From NCBI GenBank assembly GCA_963933835.1, contig CAWVVV010000004.1:32001-96000 (forward strand): a stretch of DNA of 64,000 bases, written 5' to 3'. The position numbers and the translations under genes are program-made. Below the pieces are notes generated by a model. The model ran no database searches. It was not told where the DNA came from and saw only the letters and a list, made by a program, of their open reading frames with translations. This document shows positions 19,365-28,591 of this stretch, piece by piece. How positions within the stretch are numbered: the first letter of the stretch is position 1; each line of letters begins with the position of its first letter. Source of the DNA: an uncultured Puniceicoccaceae bacterium. GTDB taxonomy: Bacteria; Verrucomicrobiota; Verrucomicrobiia; Opitutales; Oceanipulchritudinaceae.

Positions 19365-20585
19365 ATGAATAAGTGGCTCCCCCGCATTTGGATAGGTATC
19401 CTTCTGGTCGTAATGATCGCGTCGATACCTGCCTGCCTATCGTCGAGTGCTGATGATGGCGGTTTCTTGAACCTGACGGCTAAGCAGTCGACCTTTGATC
19501 CCAAGGGTCCTCTGGCTGAACAGCAGATAGATACCTTCTACATTACTCTCTGGGTAACGTCTTTCCTCTTTCTTGCGGTGGGCGGAACGTACCTCGTCGC
19601 GATCATCAAGTTTCGCGTCAAGAAGGGGGATGACCCGAATGAAATCCCTGAGCAAGCCCATGGCCATCCGCTGATCGAAGTAGGCCTCGTGGTAGCGTCA
19701 TCTGCGCTCCTCATCATCATCGCAATTCCGACCTTTTCTGGTATTGTATTGATGCATGAAATACCAGAGCAGTACAGCGAAGAGGACATCGTCGACGTGA
19801 ACGTTATTGGCTACCAGTGGTGGTTTAACTTTGAGTATGTCGAAGACGGGTTTGTCTCAGCAAACGAACTGGTCATTCCAGCGGGCCGACCGGTGCGCTT
19901 AAATCTGATTACAAAAGACGTCATCCACAGTTTCTGGCTACCGAAGCTCTCGGGTAAGCTCGACCTCATGGCGGGGCAAATCAATCAGATGTGGATTCTC
20001 GCCGACGAGCCGGGCTACTTCTGGGGACAGTGCGCTGAGTATTGCGGTGATTCCCACGCCTACATGCTTTTCCGCGCTGTGGCGCTGGAGGAAGACGCCT
20101 ACAATGAGTGGGTCGCACAGCAACAAACAAAAACTGTAGTTGAGAAATCAACTACGCCGCTCTTCCTGTCAGAGGACGATGACGCCGGATTGGTTGCCCT
20201 GGGGGCAGAACTCTTTCAAGGCAACTGCTTGACTTGCCATAGTCTTGATCCAGCACAGCAGGGTGCGATGGGCGCACCGAATTTGGCCCACTTTGGATCA
20301 CGTTCTTCGATTGGCGCTGGTTGGCTCGAAAACACCTGGTCAGAGGATGGCTCTAACGCAGATCTACATCTGTGGATTAAAGACCCCGATTCTGTGAAGC
20401 CAGGTAACAACATGTGGCGAGGCTTCATGAAGGCAGGAAAACACGACCCTAATGACCCGAAGGACGTCATGATGTCCGGTCTGAATCAAGCTGATCTATC
20501 CGATTCGGATGTGGATGCCCTTGTCGCTTATCTTCGTAATTTAAAACACCCTGATGCCGTTCAATTCAGTGCGGACACTTTCTAA
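19365..20585 (+). CDS. coxB: Cytochrome c oxidase subunit II with fused cytochrome c (caa3 type)
   Basis: YQWW, DVIHSFW and CAEYCGDSHAYM (CuA site); C-terminal CLTCH and KPGNNM. Confidence 0.95.
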   Translation: MNKWLPRIWIGILLVVMIASIPACLSSSADDGGFLNLTAKQSTFDPKGPLAEQQIDTFYITLWVTSFLFLAVGGTYLVAIIKFRVKKGDDPNEIPEQAHGHPLIEVGLVVASSALLIIIAIPTFSGIVLMHEIPEQYSEEDIVDVNVIGYQWWFNFEYVEDGFVSANELVIPAGRPVRLNLITKDVIHSFWLPKLSGKLDLMAGQINQMWILADEPGYFWGQCAEYCGDSHAYMLFRAVALEEDAYNEWVAQQQTKTVVEKSTTPLFLSEDDDAGLVALGAELFQGNCLTCHSLDPAQQGAMGAPNLAHFGSRSSIGAGWLENTWSEDGSNADLHLWIKDPDSVKPGNNMWRGFMKAGKHDPNDPKDVMMSGLNQADLSDSDVDALVAYLRNLKHPDAVQFSADTF

Positions 20586-20591
20586 TTAGTC

Positions 20592-22544
20592 ATGGCCACT
20601 ACCGCTTCACCTGAACAAAATTCGCATGACGGACATGATGAGCCGACCTTTGACGGTGTCATCACCCGCCCCTATAAAAAGACCGGCCTAGTCGGATGGC
20701 TTACAACCGTCGACCACAAGAAGATCGGGGTAATGTATGGCATCGCGGCACTCTTCTTCTTGCTCGTAGGAGGCGTCGAAGCATTACTTATTCGTATCCA
20801 GTTGATGGGACCGGAGAGCGATTTTATCGACGCTCGGACCTACAACCAGCTCTTCACGATGCATGGCACGACGATGATTTTCCTCGCTGTCATGCCAATG
20901 AGTGCGGCCTTCTTTAACTTTATCATGCCGCTCCAGATCGGAGCGCGTGATGTCGCGTTTCCGAGGATGAATTCGCTCGGTCTTTGGACCTTTATTGCAG
21001 GCGGAATCCTACTGAACCTCAGTTGGTTCTTTTCTGAAGGTGCGCCGGCGATCGGGTGGTTTGGTTATGCGCCGATTACTTCGAATCAATACAGTCCGGA
21101 TTTGGGGACTGAATTTTGGATCATGTCGCTTCAGCTGCTCGGGATTGCATCGCTGGTCGGGTCATTGAACTTTATTACAACAATTATCAATATGCGGGCG
21201 CCTGGGCTTAGCATGATGCGTCTTCCGGTCTTTACCTGGATGACGTTGATCACGTCGTTCCTCCTCATTCTCGCTCTGCCGCCGATCGCGGTTGCATTGG
21301 CCGAGCTGATGTTTGATCGCCACTTTGGGACGCACTTTTTCAATGTTGCAGGGGGAGGGCGCCCGATTCTTTGGCAGCACCTTTTCTGGATCTTTGGTCA
21401 CCCTGAAGTGTATATCCTCATCCTTCCTGCGATGGGCATCATCTCCGAGGTGCTTCCGACCTTTGCGCGTAAACCTCTATTTGGTTACCCACTGATTATT
21501 TTCTCAGGGGCTGTCATTGGTTTCCTCGGATTTGCAGTGTGGAGTCACCACATGTTCACGACGGGCCTTGGGCTTGTCGCGACGACGGCCTTCTCCTTTT
21601 TGACGATGCTTATTTCAATTCCAACGGGGGTGAAAATCTTCAATTGGATTGGAACGATGTGGGGAGGTAAAATCCGCTTCACTGTTCCGATGCTCTTTGC
21701 GGTCGGCTTTGTCTGGATGTTTATGCTCGGTGGGTTCACCGGAATCATGCACAGCTCAGTCCCGGTCGATTCACAGCACCAAGACAGCTATTTCGTCATC
21801 GCACACTTCCACTACGTCCTCATCGGAGGTTCGATCTTTGCCCTCTTCTCTGGAATCTATTACTGGTTTCCGAAGATCACGGGAAAGATGATGAGCGAAA
21901 TGATCGGTCGTATTGTATTTTATACGATGTTCATGGGCTTCAACTTAGCCTTCTTCCCGATGCACATGTTGGGCATGACAGGGATGCCGCGCCGGACACA
22001 CACTTATAAATCTGAAATGGGCTGGGATGGAGCGAACTATTGGTCGACCATTGGAGCACTCATTCTCGGGCTTGGCGTCGCAATCTTTATTATCAATTTG
22101 ATCTACTCGGTCATCAAAGGCGAAAAGGCCTCGAAGGATCCTTGGGATGCTCGGACGCTCGAATGGAAAACGTCTAACCCGCCAAAGGAATACAACTTCG
22201 CATACACCCCTGTTGTTCACGCTCGTGACCAGGCTTGGGAAGATAAACATGGCCCTGAAGAAAAGCGCATGGTGAAGCTTGCTCCCGATCATCATGGGAT
22301 TCACATGCCGGATCAGTCATGGTGGCCCCTCGTTGTTTCGATTGGTCTCTTTGTCCTCGGTATCGGAGTTGTCATTCATGCTACGGACCAGTTTGCTTGG
22401 TGGCAGGTGATGCTCCCAGGAATCCTACTCACTATCTTTGGTATTATCGCTTGGTCGCTCGAAGGCCCAGGCGGCTATCATATCTTTCCTGACGCTGAAG
22501 ATCAGGCCGAACTCGATGAAGAGGCTAAATCTTCTTCCAAGTAA
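20592..22544 (+). CDS. ctaD: Cytochrome c oxidase subunit I (A1 type)
   Basis: DHKKIG, TMHGTTM, WIFGHPEVY, WSHHMF, AHFHYV, GMPRR; two extra C-terminal TM helices. Confidence 0.97.
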   Translation: MATTASPEQNSHDGHDEPTFDGVITRPYKKTGLVGWLTTVDHKKIGVMYGIAALFFLLVGGVEALLIRIQLMGPESDFIDARTYNQLFTMHGTTMIFLAVMPMSAAFFNFIMPLQIGARDVAFPRMNSLGLWTFIAGGILLNLSWFFSEGAPAIGWFGYAPITSNQYSPDLGTEFWIMSLQLLGIASLVGSLNFITTIINMRAPGLSMMRLPVFTWMTLITSFLLILALPPIAVALAELMFDRHFGTHFFNVAGGGRPILWQHLFWIFGHPEVYILILPAMGIISEVLPTFARKPLFGYPLIIFSGAVIGFLGFAVWSHHMFTTGLGLVATTAFSFLTMLISIPTGVKIFNWIGTMWGGKIRFTVPMLFAVGFVWMFMLGGFTGIMHSSVPVDSQHQDSYFVIAHFHYVLIGGSIFALFSGIYYWFPKITGKMMSEMIGRIVFYTMFMGFNLAFFPMHMLGMTGMPRRTHTYKSEMGWDGANYWSTIGALILGLGVAIFIINLIYSVIKGEKASKDPWDARTLEWKTSNPPKEYNFAYTPVVHARDQAWEDKHGPEEKRMVKLAPDHHGIHMPDQSWWPLVVSIGLFVLGIGVVIHATDQFAWWQVMLPGILLTIFGIIAWSLEGPGGYHIFPDAEDQAELDEEAKSSSK

Positions 22545-22567
22545 TCAAATTTAAGGACGACGCATAG

Positions 22568-23365
22568 ATGGCAGATCACGCTGTAGACGGGCACGGAGCC
22601 CTCGAGGAGTTGACGAAGACTTCGACCGGAATCGAACACAAGAAGCTCGTTATGTGGGCTTTTCTCGGTTCCGACTGTATGTTCTTCGGTACACTCATTT
22701 CCACTCACTTGATTTATCGGAAGCTGTATCCCGATGTCGTTGATACGACGCGGTTGTTCGATATTGAGCTCACTGGATTAAGTTCATTCATCCTCTTGAT
22801 GAGTTCGTTCTTGATGGCGCTGACGGTTTCCGCGGCGCACAAGAATAACGTTAAGGCAATGCGGGGCTTCTTGGCTGGAACCATCCTCTTCGGATGTTTT
22901 TTCCTCAGTGGCCAAGTCTACGAGTTCTTTCACTTCGTCCATGGCAAGGGAACCTATGAGTTTCAGGCCATCAACGAGGCAGGAGAAGCCATTACCGGCC
23001 TTGTGGCGAATGATACGGCATTCCATAGTGGTGCGGATACCGCGCATGCTAAGCATGTCCTTGAGCATAAACACCACGGTTGGGAGATTGAATCCTTCAA
23101 GCAGGTAGATTTCGTCGAAGGGCTTACCCTTGGAAGCAGTGTATTTGGTTCGACCTTCTTCCTTATGACGGGAACACACGGGGTGCACGTTTTGCTCGGA
23201 GTGATCTGGTTGTTGGGCTGGTTTATCCGAAGTTTTTCGAAAAAATATACGGCGGTGAATGCCCTCGATATTGAAGTAGCCGGGCTTTATTGGCACTTTG
23301 TTGATATCGTCTGGATCATCATTTTTACGGCGGTCTATCTCGTCGAATACATTAAATTCTACTAG
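22568..23365 (+). CDS. coxC: Cytochrome c oxidase subunit III (5-TM form) with a 58-aa insertion
   Basis: MWAFLGSDCMFF, QVYEF, TGTHGVHV, GLYWHFVDIVW. Confidence 0.93.
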   Translation: MADHAVDGHGALEELTKTSTGIEHKKLVMWAFLGSDCMFFGTLISTHLIYRKLYPDVVDTTRLFDIELTGLSSFILLMSSFLMALTVSAAHKNNVKAMRGFLAGTILFGCFFLSGQVYEFFHFVHGKGTYEFQAINEAGEAITGLVANDTAFHSGADTAHAKHVLEHKHHGWEIESFKQVDFVEGLTLGSSVFGSTFFLMTGTHGVHVLLGVIWLLGWFIRSFSKKYTAVNALDIEVAGLYWHFVDIVWIIIFTAVYLVEYIKFY

Positions 23366-23378
23366 GACGACAATCGAT

Positions 23379-23708
23379 ATGAGCGCGACTGACACGGCTA
23401 CTCACGATCAACATCTCATCGAGGAGACGGAGAAGTATTTCACTTTCTTCAATCTCTCGATCTTCCTCGTTATCATTACGGGGGTTGAGTTGGTCCTTAT
23501 CTACATTCCGATCAACAGTTACATCATCTACAGCTCATTGGTTGCCCTCTCGACGGTGAAGTTTCTTGCTGTGATTTGGTGGTTTATGCACCTGAAGTGG
23601 GATAAGCTGCTTTGTACGGTTCTATTTCTGATGGGGCTGATCTTGGCGGCGGGAACCATCACCGCTTTGCTCTTCTTGTTTGAGCCCATCAGCACTCCGC
23701 CCATTTGA
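23379..23708 (+). CDS. Cytochrome c oxidase subunit IV
   Basis: ITGVE, KFLAVIWWFMHLKWD; 3 TM helices; ATG at 23379. Confidence 0.9.
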   Translation: MSATDTATHDQHLIEETEKYFTFFNLSIFLVIITGVELVLIYIPINSYIIYSSLVALSTVKFLAVIWWFMHLKWDKLLCTVLFLMGLILAAGTITALLFLFEPISTPPI

Positions 23709-23783
23709 AGTGGCCTGCGTAGTTCATAGTGCTGAAGCGCGCTCGGAAACTGGCGTCATCTCTAAACCAAGGTAAGGTGGCAT

Positions 23784-24602
23784 ATGCTCTCGATCTGGCA
23801 TTGGCACACTGAACCCTTTCTAGTCGGCGGAATTTTAGCCGTGGTCTGGTTGTATGCGATGTTGGTTGGCCCATTGCGCAACAAGCTGGATCCTGAGGCA
23901 GAGATTCCGCGTGTTGAGATCGTATGGTTCACATTCGCCGTGATCACATTTTACGGTGCAGTTGGAAGTCCGATCGATGCCGCTGGAGAAAACTTTCTCT
24001 TCAGTGCGCACATGTTCCAGCACAACATCCTGATGTATCTCACGGCGGCATTCAGTGTCTTGGCTTTGCCCGGCTGGTTCGTCGATGGACTACTCGATCG
24101 GGCACGTTGGTCGATTCCGTTTTTTCGGGTGCTCTTTCATCCTGTCATTGCTGGCTTTTTGTTTACCTTTGTTTTCTACGGTTGGCATGCGCCTGCGCTC
24201 TACGAGTGGGCACTGCATAATAAAGTCGTCCACACCTTTGAGCACCTCTCGATGCTTGGGACGTCGATCATCATGTTTTGGCCGATGTTGAGCCGCTCAC
24301 GGACGCTGCCTCAGAGTAATCTTGGGTCACAGATTCTATATCTTTTTGTTCTTATGGTCGCTCAGATCCCTCTCTTTGGTCTGCTGACTTTTGCGGAACA
24401 CCCGTTGTATCCGACGTATGAATACGCGCCGCGATTGATCGAAGGCTTTGATCCTTTGTCGGATCAGGTTTTTGGCGGTCTTTTGATGAAAGTCGCCAAC
24501 ATGATTCTCTCTTTGATTCTGATGGGATATGCGTTCTTTAGGTGGAACGCCCAGTCCTTGAGGACGGAGCGCCCTAGTCGTGTCGAAACCCACCGCCGAT
24601 AG
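23784..24602 (+). CDS. ctaG: caa3-type cytochrome c oxidase assembly factor CtaG
   Basis: LFSAHMFQH, WHAPALYE, HTFEH, DQVFGGLLMK. Confidence 0.88.
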   Translation: MLSIWHWHTEPFLVGGILAVVWLYAMLVGPLRNKLDPEAEIPRVEIVWFTFAVITFYGAVGSPIDAAGENFLFSAHMFQHNILMYLTAAFSVLALPGWFVDGLLDRARWSIPFFRVLFHPVIAGFLFTFVFYGWHAPALYEWALHNKVVHTFEHLSMLGTSIIMFWPMLSRSRTLPQSNLGSQILYLFVLMVAQIPLFGLLTFAEHPLYPTYEYAPRLIEGFDPLSDQVFGGLLMKVANMILSLILMGYAFFRWNAQSLRTERPSRVETHRR

Positions 24603-24622
24603 GCATAGAACAGCTACAGGAA

Positions 24623-25351
24623 ATGGCTCGGCTCTCGATTATTATTCCAGCTTTCAATGAAGAGGCTGAGCTGCCAGTGACGCTGCAGCATCTCAATGAC
24701 GTCCGCGCGAATTTGCCTCTGAAAAGTGAAATCATCGTTGTAGACAACAACTCGTCTGATGAGACCGCTAAGGTTGCTCTGGCCCATGGGGCACAGGTGG
24801 TTTTTGAAAGCGTGAATCAAATCTCGAAGGCACGGAACGCAGGCGCGCGATCAGCCAGCGGCGACTGTTTCATTTTTGTTGATGCTGATAGCCGACCACC
24901 TCTCGAGACTGTTCAAGAAGCTGTATCTGAGCTTGGAGCAGGCGCTATAGGCGGCGGATCCGTTTTGGCATTCGAGGGCGAAGTCGGCTGGCTAGCTAGA
25001 TGGATGACTTGGTCATGGAATCGTCTTGCGTGCAGTGTGGGCCTGGCCGCCGGATGCTTTGTATGGGTGAGAGCAGATGCCTTTAATCAAGTAGGGGGCT
25101 TTTGCGAAAAGCGCTACGCGGGTGAGGAATTGATTTTGTCGCGTGAGTTAAAACGGCTAGGGCGCCAGTCTGAGCAAGTCTTCAAAATCTTGAGTCGTTA
25201 CCCTGTTTTGACATCGGCTCGAAAACTTGCTTGGTATGGAGCATTCACGACAGCGGCACTACATCTTCTGCTCGCTGTATTCCCTTTTCTCCTACGAAGC
25301 CAAGCTATCTGCCGGTTTTGGTATCGCCGGCCGTCTGAGGGCCGCGACTAA
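24623..25351 (+). CDS. GT2 glycosyltransferase
   Basis: SIIIPAFNEE, VDNNSSD, ARNAGA, FVDAD, TSARK. Confidence 0.9.
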   Translation: MARLSIIIPAFNEEAELPVTLQHLNDVRANLPLKSEIIVVDNNSSDETAKVALAHGAQVVFESVNQISKARNAGARSASGDCFIFVDADSRPPLETVQEAVSELGAGAIGGGSVLAFEGEVGWLARWMTWSWNRLACSVGLAAGCFVWVRADAFNQVGGFCEKRYAGEELILSRELKRLGRQSEQVFKILSRYPVLTSARKLAWYGAFTTAALHLLLAVFPFLLRSQAICRFWYRRPSEGRD

Positions 25352-26724
25352 TGACGAGCGTTATCGATGCGCTCAGCGAGGGTGAGCGCATTTTCAATGC
25401 AATCATTGAGGCCTGGCCCACCTCGAAAGTTTCCTTGGAAATGAATCCCAGTAAATTTCTCTTCAATTTGATGAAGACCGCTATCGAAGTCGCCGTAGTC
25501 CAGATGATATTGAGGGATCGCTTTGGGCCATGCGGTGAAGTGATGGAATGTAGGGTCACCCGTAATGCCGAGCAGTTCTTTGAGGGACTCTAGGACCTTC
25601 TGAACCGTCTCATATTCGTCCCAGCCTGCCGCCTCGGGCTGAGTCATGCCGCCAAGAAAACACATCAGTGAGACATGCCCATCAGGTGCACGATGAGGGA
25701 AGAGGGAGGAGCTGAAGATCGTTCCAAGGATAGGTTGATTCTCACTCTTTGGTATGAGCATACCAAAGCCATCTAGAGGGTGGGCTACTTCTTCGCGCTT
25801 GAATCCAAGCACGAGTGTATTGACGGCTGGAAAGCTCAGTTTTGGGAGCGCAAGGAGTCGCCCTGCCAGGGGCACGGGGAGGTCCCAGCTTGCCCACCGA
25901 TGCGGAGGCGCGGTGAAAATGATGTGATCGAAGTCCTGACTTTGTGGTTTGCCCGCTTGTAACCAAGCCGCTGTCCATTGGTCATGGGCGCTTCGGCGGA
26001 GCCCTTGAAATTCGGCCTTCAAGTAAGTCTGGTTCGAGAGCGGCTTGATGAGTCGTTCGACGAGCTCTTCGAGGCCGTCTTGAAAGGAAACGAGCTCAGA
26101 CTTGTAGTGTGGCTGAGCGGAGTGCCTCCGTGCTTTTCTGAGCTTGAGTGCTCCGCGGACGAGTGAGCCAGACTCATTTTCCAGCCCCCAAACGCGGGGG
26201 AAGGCATAGCGGATCGAGAGCTTCTCAGGATCTCCCGCGTAAATACCTGATGTCATTGGCGCGATCGCATACTCGAGGAACTCGGGGCCTAGCCTGCGGC
26301 GAACAAAACTCGCGACGGATTCATCGGGGTCTTCGCAGGCTGTGATCCACGGCTCTTTGAGAATGCGTAGCTTTGCTCCAAAGCTGAAAAGAGGGGTCTG
26401 AATGGCACCCAGAATTGACTGCGGAACCGCGACGGGCTTTCCGCCTCGTACGATGAAGCGCTTCGACGCTTCGGTGTTTGCTGGGGTGAGTCGTTCATCG
26501 AGCCCTAGTCGGCTGATAAAGGTTCGAACCGCCTCGCTGCGAATTAGCATTGAGTTAGGGCCATCCTCACACAGATAGCCATCGATGCGTTGGCTTTGAA
26601 TGACTCCGCCAACGCGGTTCGAAGACTCGATCAAGGTGACGTTCCAGCCACGCTCATGCAGGCGGTGAGCTGCTGTAATTCCGCTGATGCCCGATCCGAC
26701 GACGAGAGCTGATGGTGGGGCCAT
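25348..26724 (-). CDS. hemY: FAD-dependent protoporphyrinogen/coproporphyrinogen oxidase (HemY family)
   Basis: GSGISG, RVGGVI, DGPNS, GIYAGD, DGFGMLIP, AIPQY. Confidence 0.93.
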   Translation of the reverse strand: MAPPSALVVGSGISGITAAHRLHERGWNVTLIESSNRVGGVIQSQRIDGYLCEDGPNSMLIRSEAVRTFISRLGLDERLTPANTEASKRFIVRGGKPVAVPQSILGAIQTPLFSFGAKLRILKEPWITACEDPDESVASFVRRRLGPEFLEYAIAPMTSGIYAGDPEKLSIRYAFPRVWGLENESGSLVRGALKLRKARRHSAQPHYKSELVSFQDGLEELVERLIKPLSNQTYLKAEFQGLRRSAHDQWTAAWLQAGKPQSQDFDHIIFTAPPHRWASWDLPVPLAGRLLALPKLSFPAVNTLVLGFKREEVAHPLDGFGMLIPKSENQPILGTIFSSSLFPHRAPDGHVSLMCFLGGMTQPEAAGWDEYETVQKVLESLKELLGITGDPTFHHFTAWPKAIPQYHLDYGDFDSGLHQIEEKFTGIHFQGNFRGGPGLNDCIENALTLAERIDNARH

Positions 26725-26747
26725 GTTCTAAGCTTTTGGACGATCGC

Positions 26748-27677
26748 TCACTTGCTCTGAACGACGGCTTCTTCGGTTAGATCCTTTTCGATGGTGAATG
26801 GCTGCCCAGTCAGGCACGCGATAAACTTCTTCATCGCTGGCGTGAGGACAAGGCCTTTGCGATGAATCAGGGCCAATGGCCGAGAAAACTCGAGGCCTTC
26901 GAATGGAATCGTTCGGAGCAGACCTTGCTTCACCTCTTGTTGAACGGTGGCAGAGGGGACAAAGGCGAGCCCGGCGTTGATCTCGACGGCTCGTTTCACC
27001 GTCTCGATGTTGTCGAATTCCATCACGGGCTCGACGTCGATTTTGAAGTCGCGAAAGATTTGGTCGGTTGCTTTTCGCGTCGGAATATCGCGATCGAAAC
27101 CAATGAGTTTTTCGTCTTGGAGCTGCTCGATTTTGACTGATTTTTGCTTTGCGAGCGGATGCTGCGGGCTCGCGACGAGGACGAGCTTATCCTCTTGAAA
27201 GGGAATGATCTCAAGTTGGCGCATTTTCGTCGGATAGGCCACGAGCCCGAGATCAACTGCGTTCTGTAAGATGTCTTCGTAAACCAAGTTCGAGCTTCGA
27301 TATTCGACGCGGAAATTAACGGAGGGAAATTCCTTCAAGAATGTCGTAATGTAGGGAGGGAGTTCGTGAAGGCCGATGCTGTAGATCGTGGAGAGATGGA
27401 TCGTTCCACTGATGACCTTCCGCATTTCCTGAAGCTCTCTGACGAGCTTTTCATAGCGGTGCAAAATATCCTTCGCGCTGTCGTAAAGCTTTTGGCCTTC
27501 CTGTGTAAGGCGGAACTGTTTTTGGCTCCGGTCCACGATCAGGACGTTAAAATACCGCTCCATTGATCTTAATTGTTGGCTTACGGCGGATTGCGTGACT
27601 CCGTTCAGCTTTGCGGCACGCGAAAAACTTTGGGATTCAACGAGGTCGGAAAATATTTTGAAATTCTCGATATGCAT
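26748..27677 (-). CDS. LysR family transcriptional regulator
   Basis: SFSRAAKLNGVTQSAVSQQLRSME helix-turn-helix; NIETVKRAVE. Ends 23 bp before hemY. Confidence 0.95.
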   Translation of the reverse strand: MHIENFKIFSDLVESQSFSRAAKLNGVTQSAVSQQLRSMERYFNVLIVDRSQKQFRLTQEGQKLYDSAKDILHRYEKLVRELQEMRKVISGTIHLSTIYSIGLHELPPYITTFLKEFPSVNFRVEYRSSNLVYEDILQNAVDLGLVAYPTKMRQLEIIPFQEDKLVLVASPQHPLAKQKSVKIEQLQDEKLIGFDRDIPTRKATDQIFRDFKIDVEPVMEFDNIETVKRAVEINAGLAFVPSATVQQEVKQGLLRTIPFEGLEFSRPLALIHRKGLVLTPAMKKFIACLTGQPFTIEKDLTEEAVVQSK

Positions 27678-27728
27678 AAGCGATTGTAATTAAGCTCTTT
27701 TTAAGCAGTGAATATTAATTCTGCTAAT
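27676..27728. promoter_or_regulatory. Putative LysR autoregulatory T-N11-A boxes
   Basis: ATAAG-cgatt-GTAAT (27676-27690), TAAGCTCTTTTTA (27691-27703) and ATTAA-ttctg-CTAAT (27714-27728) in the AT-rich lysR/yggS divergent gap. Confidence 0.5.
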
Positions 27729-27759
27729 CTTGAGAAACACTGAAGACTCACGGCAACCA

Positions 27760-28449
27760 ATGGTCAAAGAAATTAGGCAAAACATGGAGATTGTCTTAGA
27801 AAGCATTAGTGATGCTTGTTCTAAGGCAGGTCGCTCACCTGATGAAGTGACCCTAATGGCAGTGAGTAAAAACCACCCTGCGGCGATTGTTGCAGAAGCG
27901 CTGGAGGTTGGTTTGTGCAATTTCGGGGAGAATCGCGTGCAGGAGGCGGTTGAAAAGAAGCAGGCCGTGGTTGGTTCCGCGTTTTGGGAGCTGATTGGGA
28001 ACTTGCAGACGAACAAGGCCCGCTTAGCTGCTGAGCATTTCGATCGAATTCAGTCGGTCGATCGGCTGAAACTAATCAATGCGCTAGATCGGCATTGCGG
28101 CGAGCTAGGGCGAGCAAGGTTACCGATCCTTCTACAAGTTAATGCGGGCCGGGATCCTGCTAAGTTTGGTTGTGAGATCGATGATGCAGAGGCACTTACG
28201 GAGTTGGTCCTGTCAAAGAACCATCTGCAACTCGATGGCTTGATGACGATCGCTCCACTCTCTGGAGATCCTAGCATCGCCCGCAAAACCTTCGCTGAAC
28301 TGCGTAAAATCCGTGATAATCTCTCCTCGAAACTGGGCGTCCGTTTAGACGTTCTTTCGATGGGAATGTCTGGGGATTTTGAAAGCGCGATCGCAGAGGG
28401 AAGCACCCTTGTTCGAGTAGGAACCGCCCTGTTCGGTGGTCGTAAATAG
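27760..28449 (+). CDS. yggS: PLP homeostasis protein YggS/PipY
   Basis: AVSKNH, FGENRVQE, IGNLQTNKA, SMGMSGDFESAIAEGSTLVRVGTALFG. Confidence 0.95.
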   Translation: MVKEIRQNMEIVLESISDACSKAGRSPDEVTLMAVSKNHPAAIVAEALEVGLCNFGENRVQEAVEKKQAVVGSAFWELIGNLQTNKARLAAEHFDRIQSVDRLKLINALDRHCGELGRARLPILLQVNAGRDPAKFGCEIDDAEALTELVLSKNHLQLDGLMTIAPLSGDPSIARKTFAELRKIRDNLSSKLGVRLDVLSMGMSGDFESAIAEGSTLVRVGTALFGGRK

Positions 28450-28591
28450 CTTCTGGTTTCCGCAAATCTCTAAGCGAGATCTTCGGAAGTCACTGCCTTT
28501 GCGGTGTTAAATTTGCCCGAATAGAAGCGGAAGTGGTTACTTACGTTTAGATGGTGCTCAAGAGAGCGACTCTGGGACCGTTGTATTTTTA

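Noticed and set aside
20592..23365. Long subunit I and short subunit III as a novelty
   Set aside because: Transfer of two TM helices from subunit III to subunit I is established for caa3/bo3-type oxidases.
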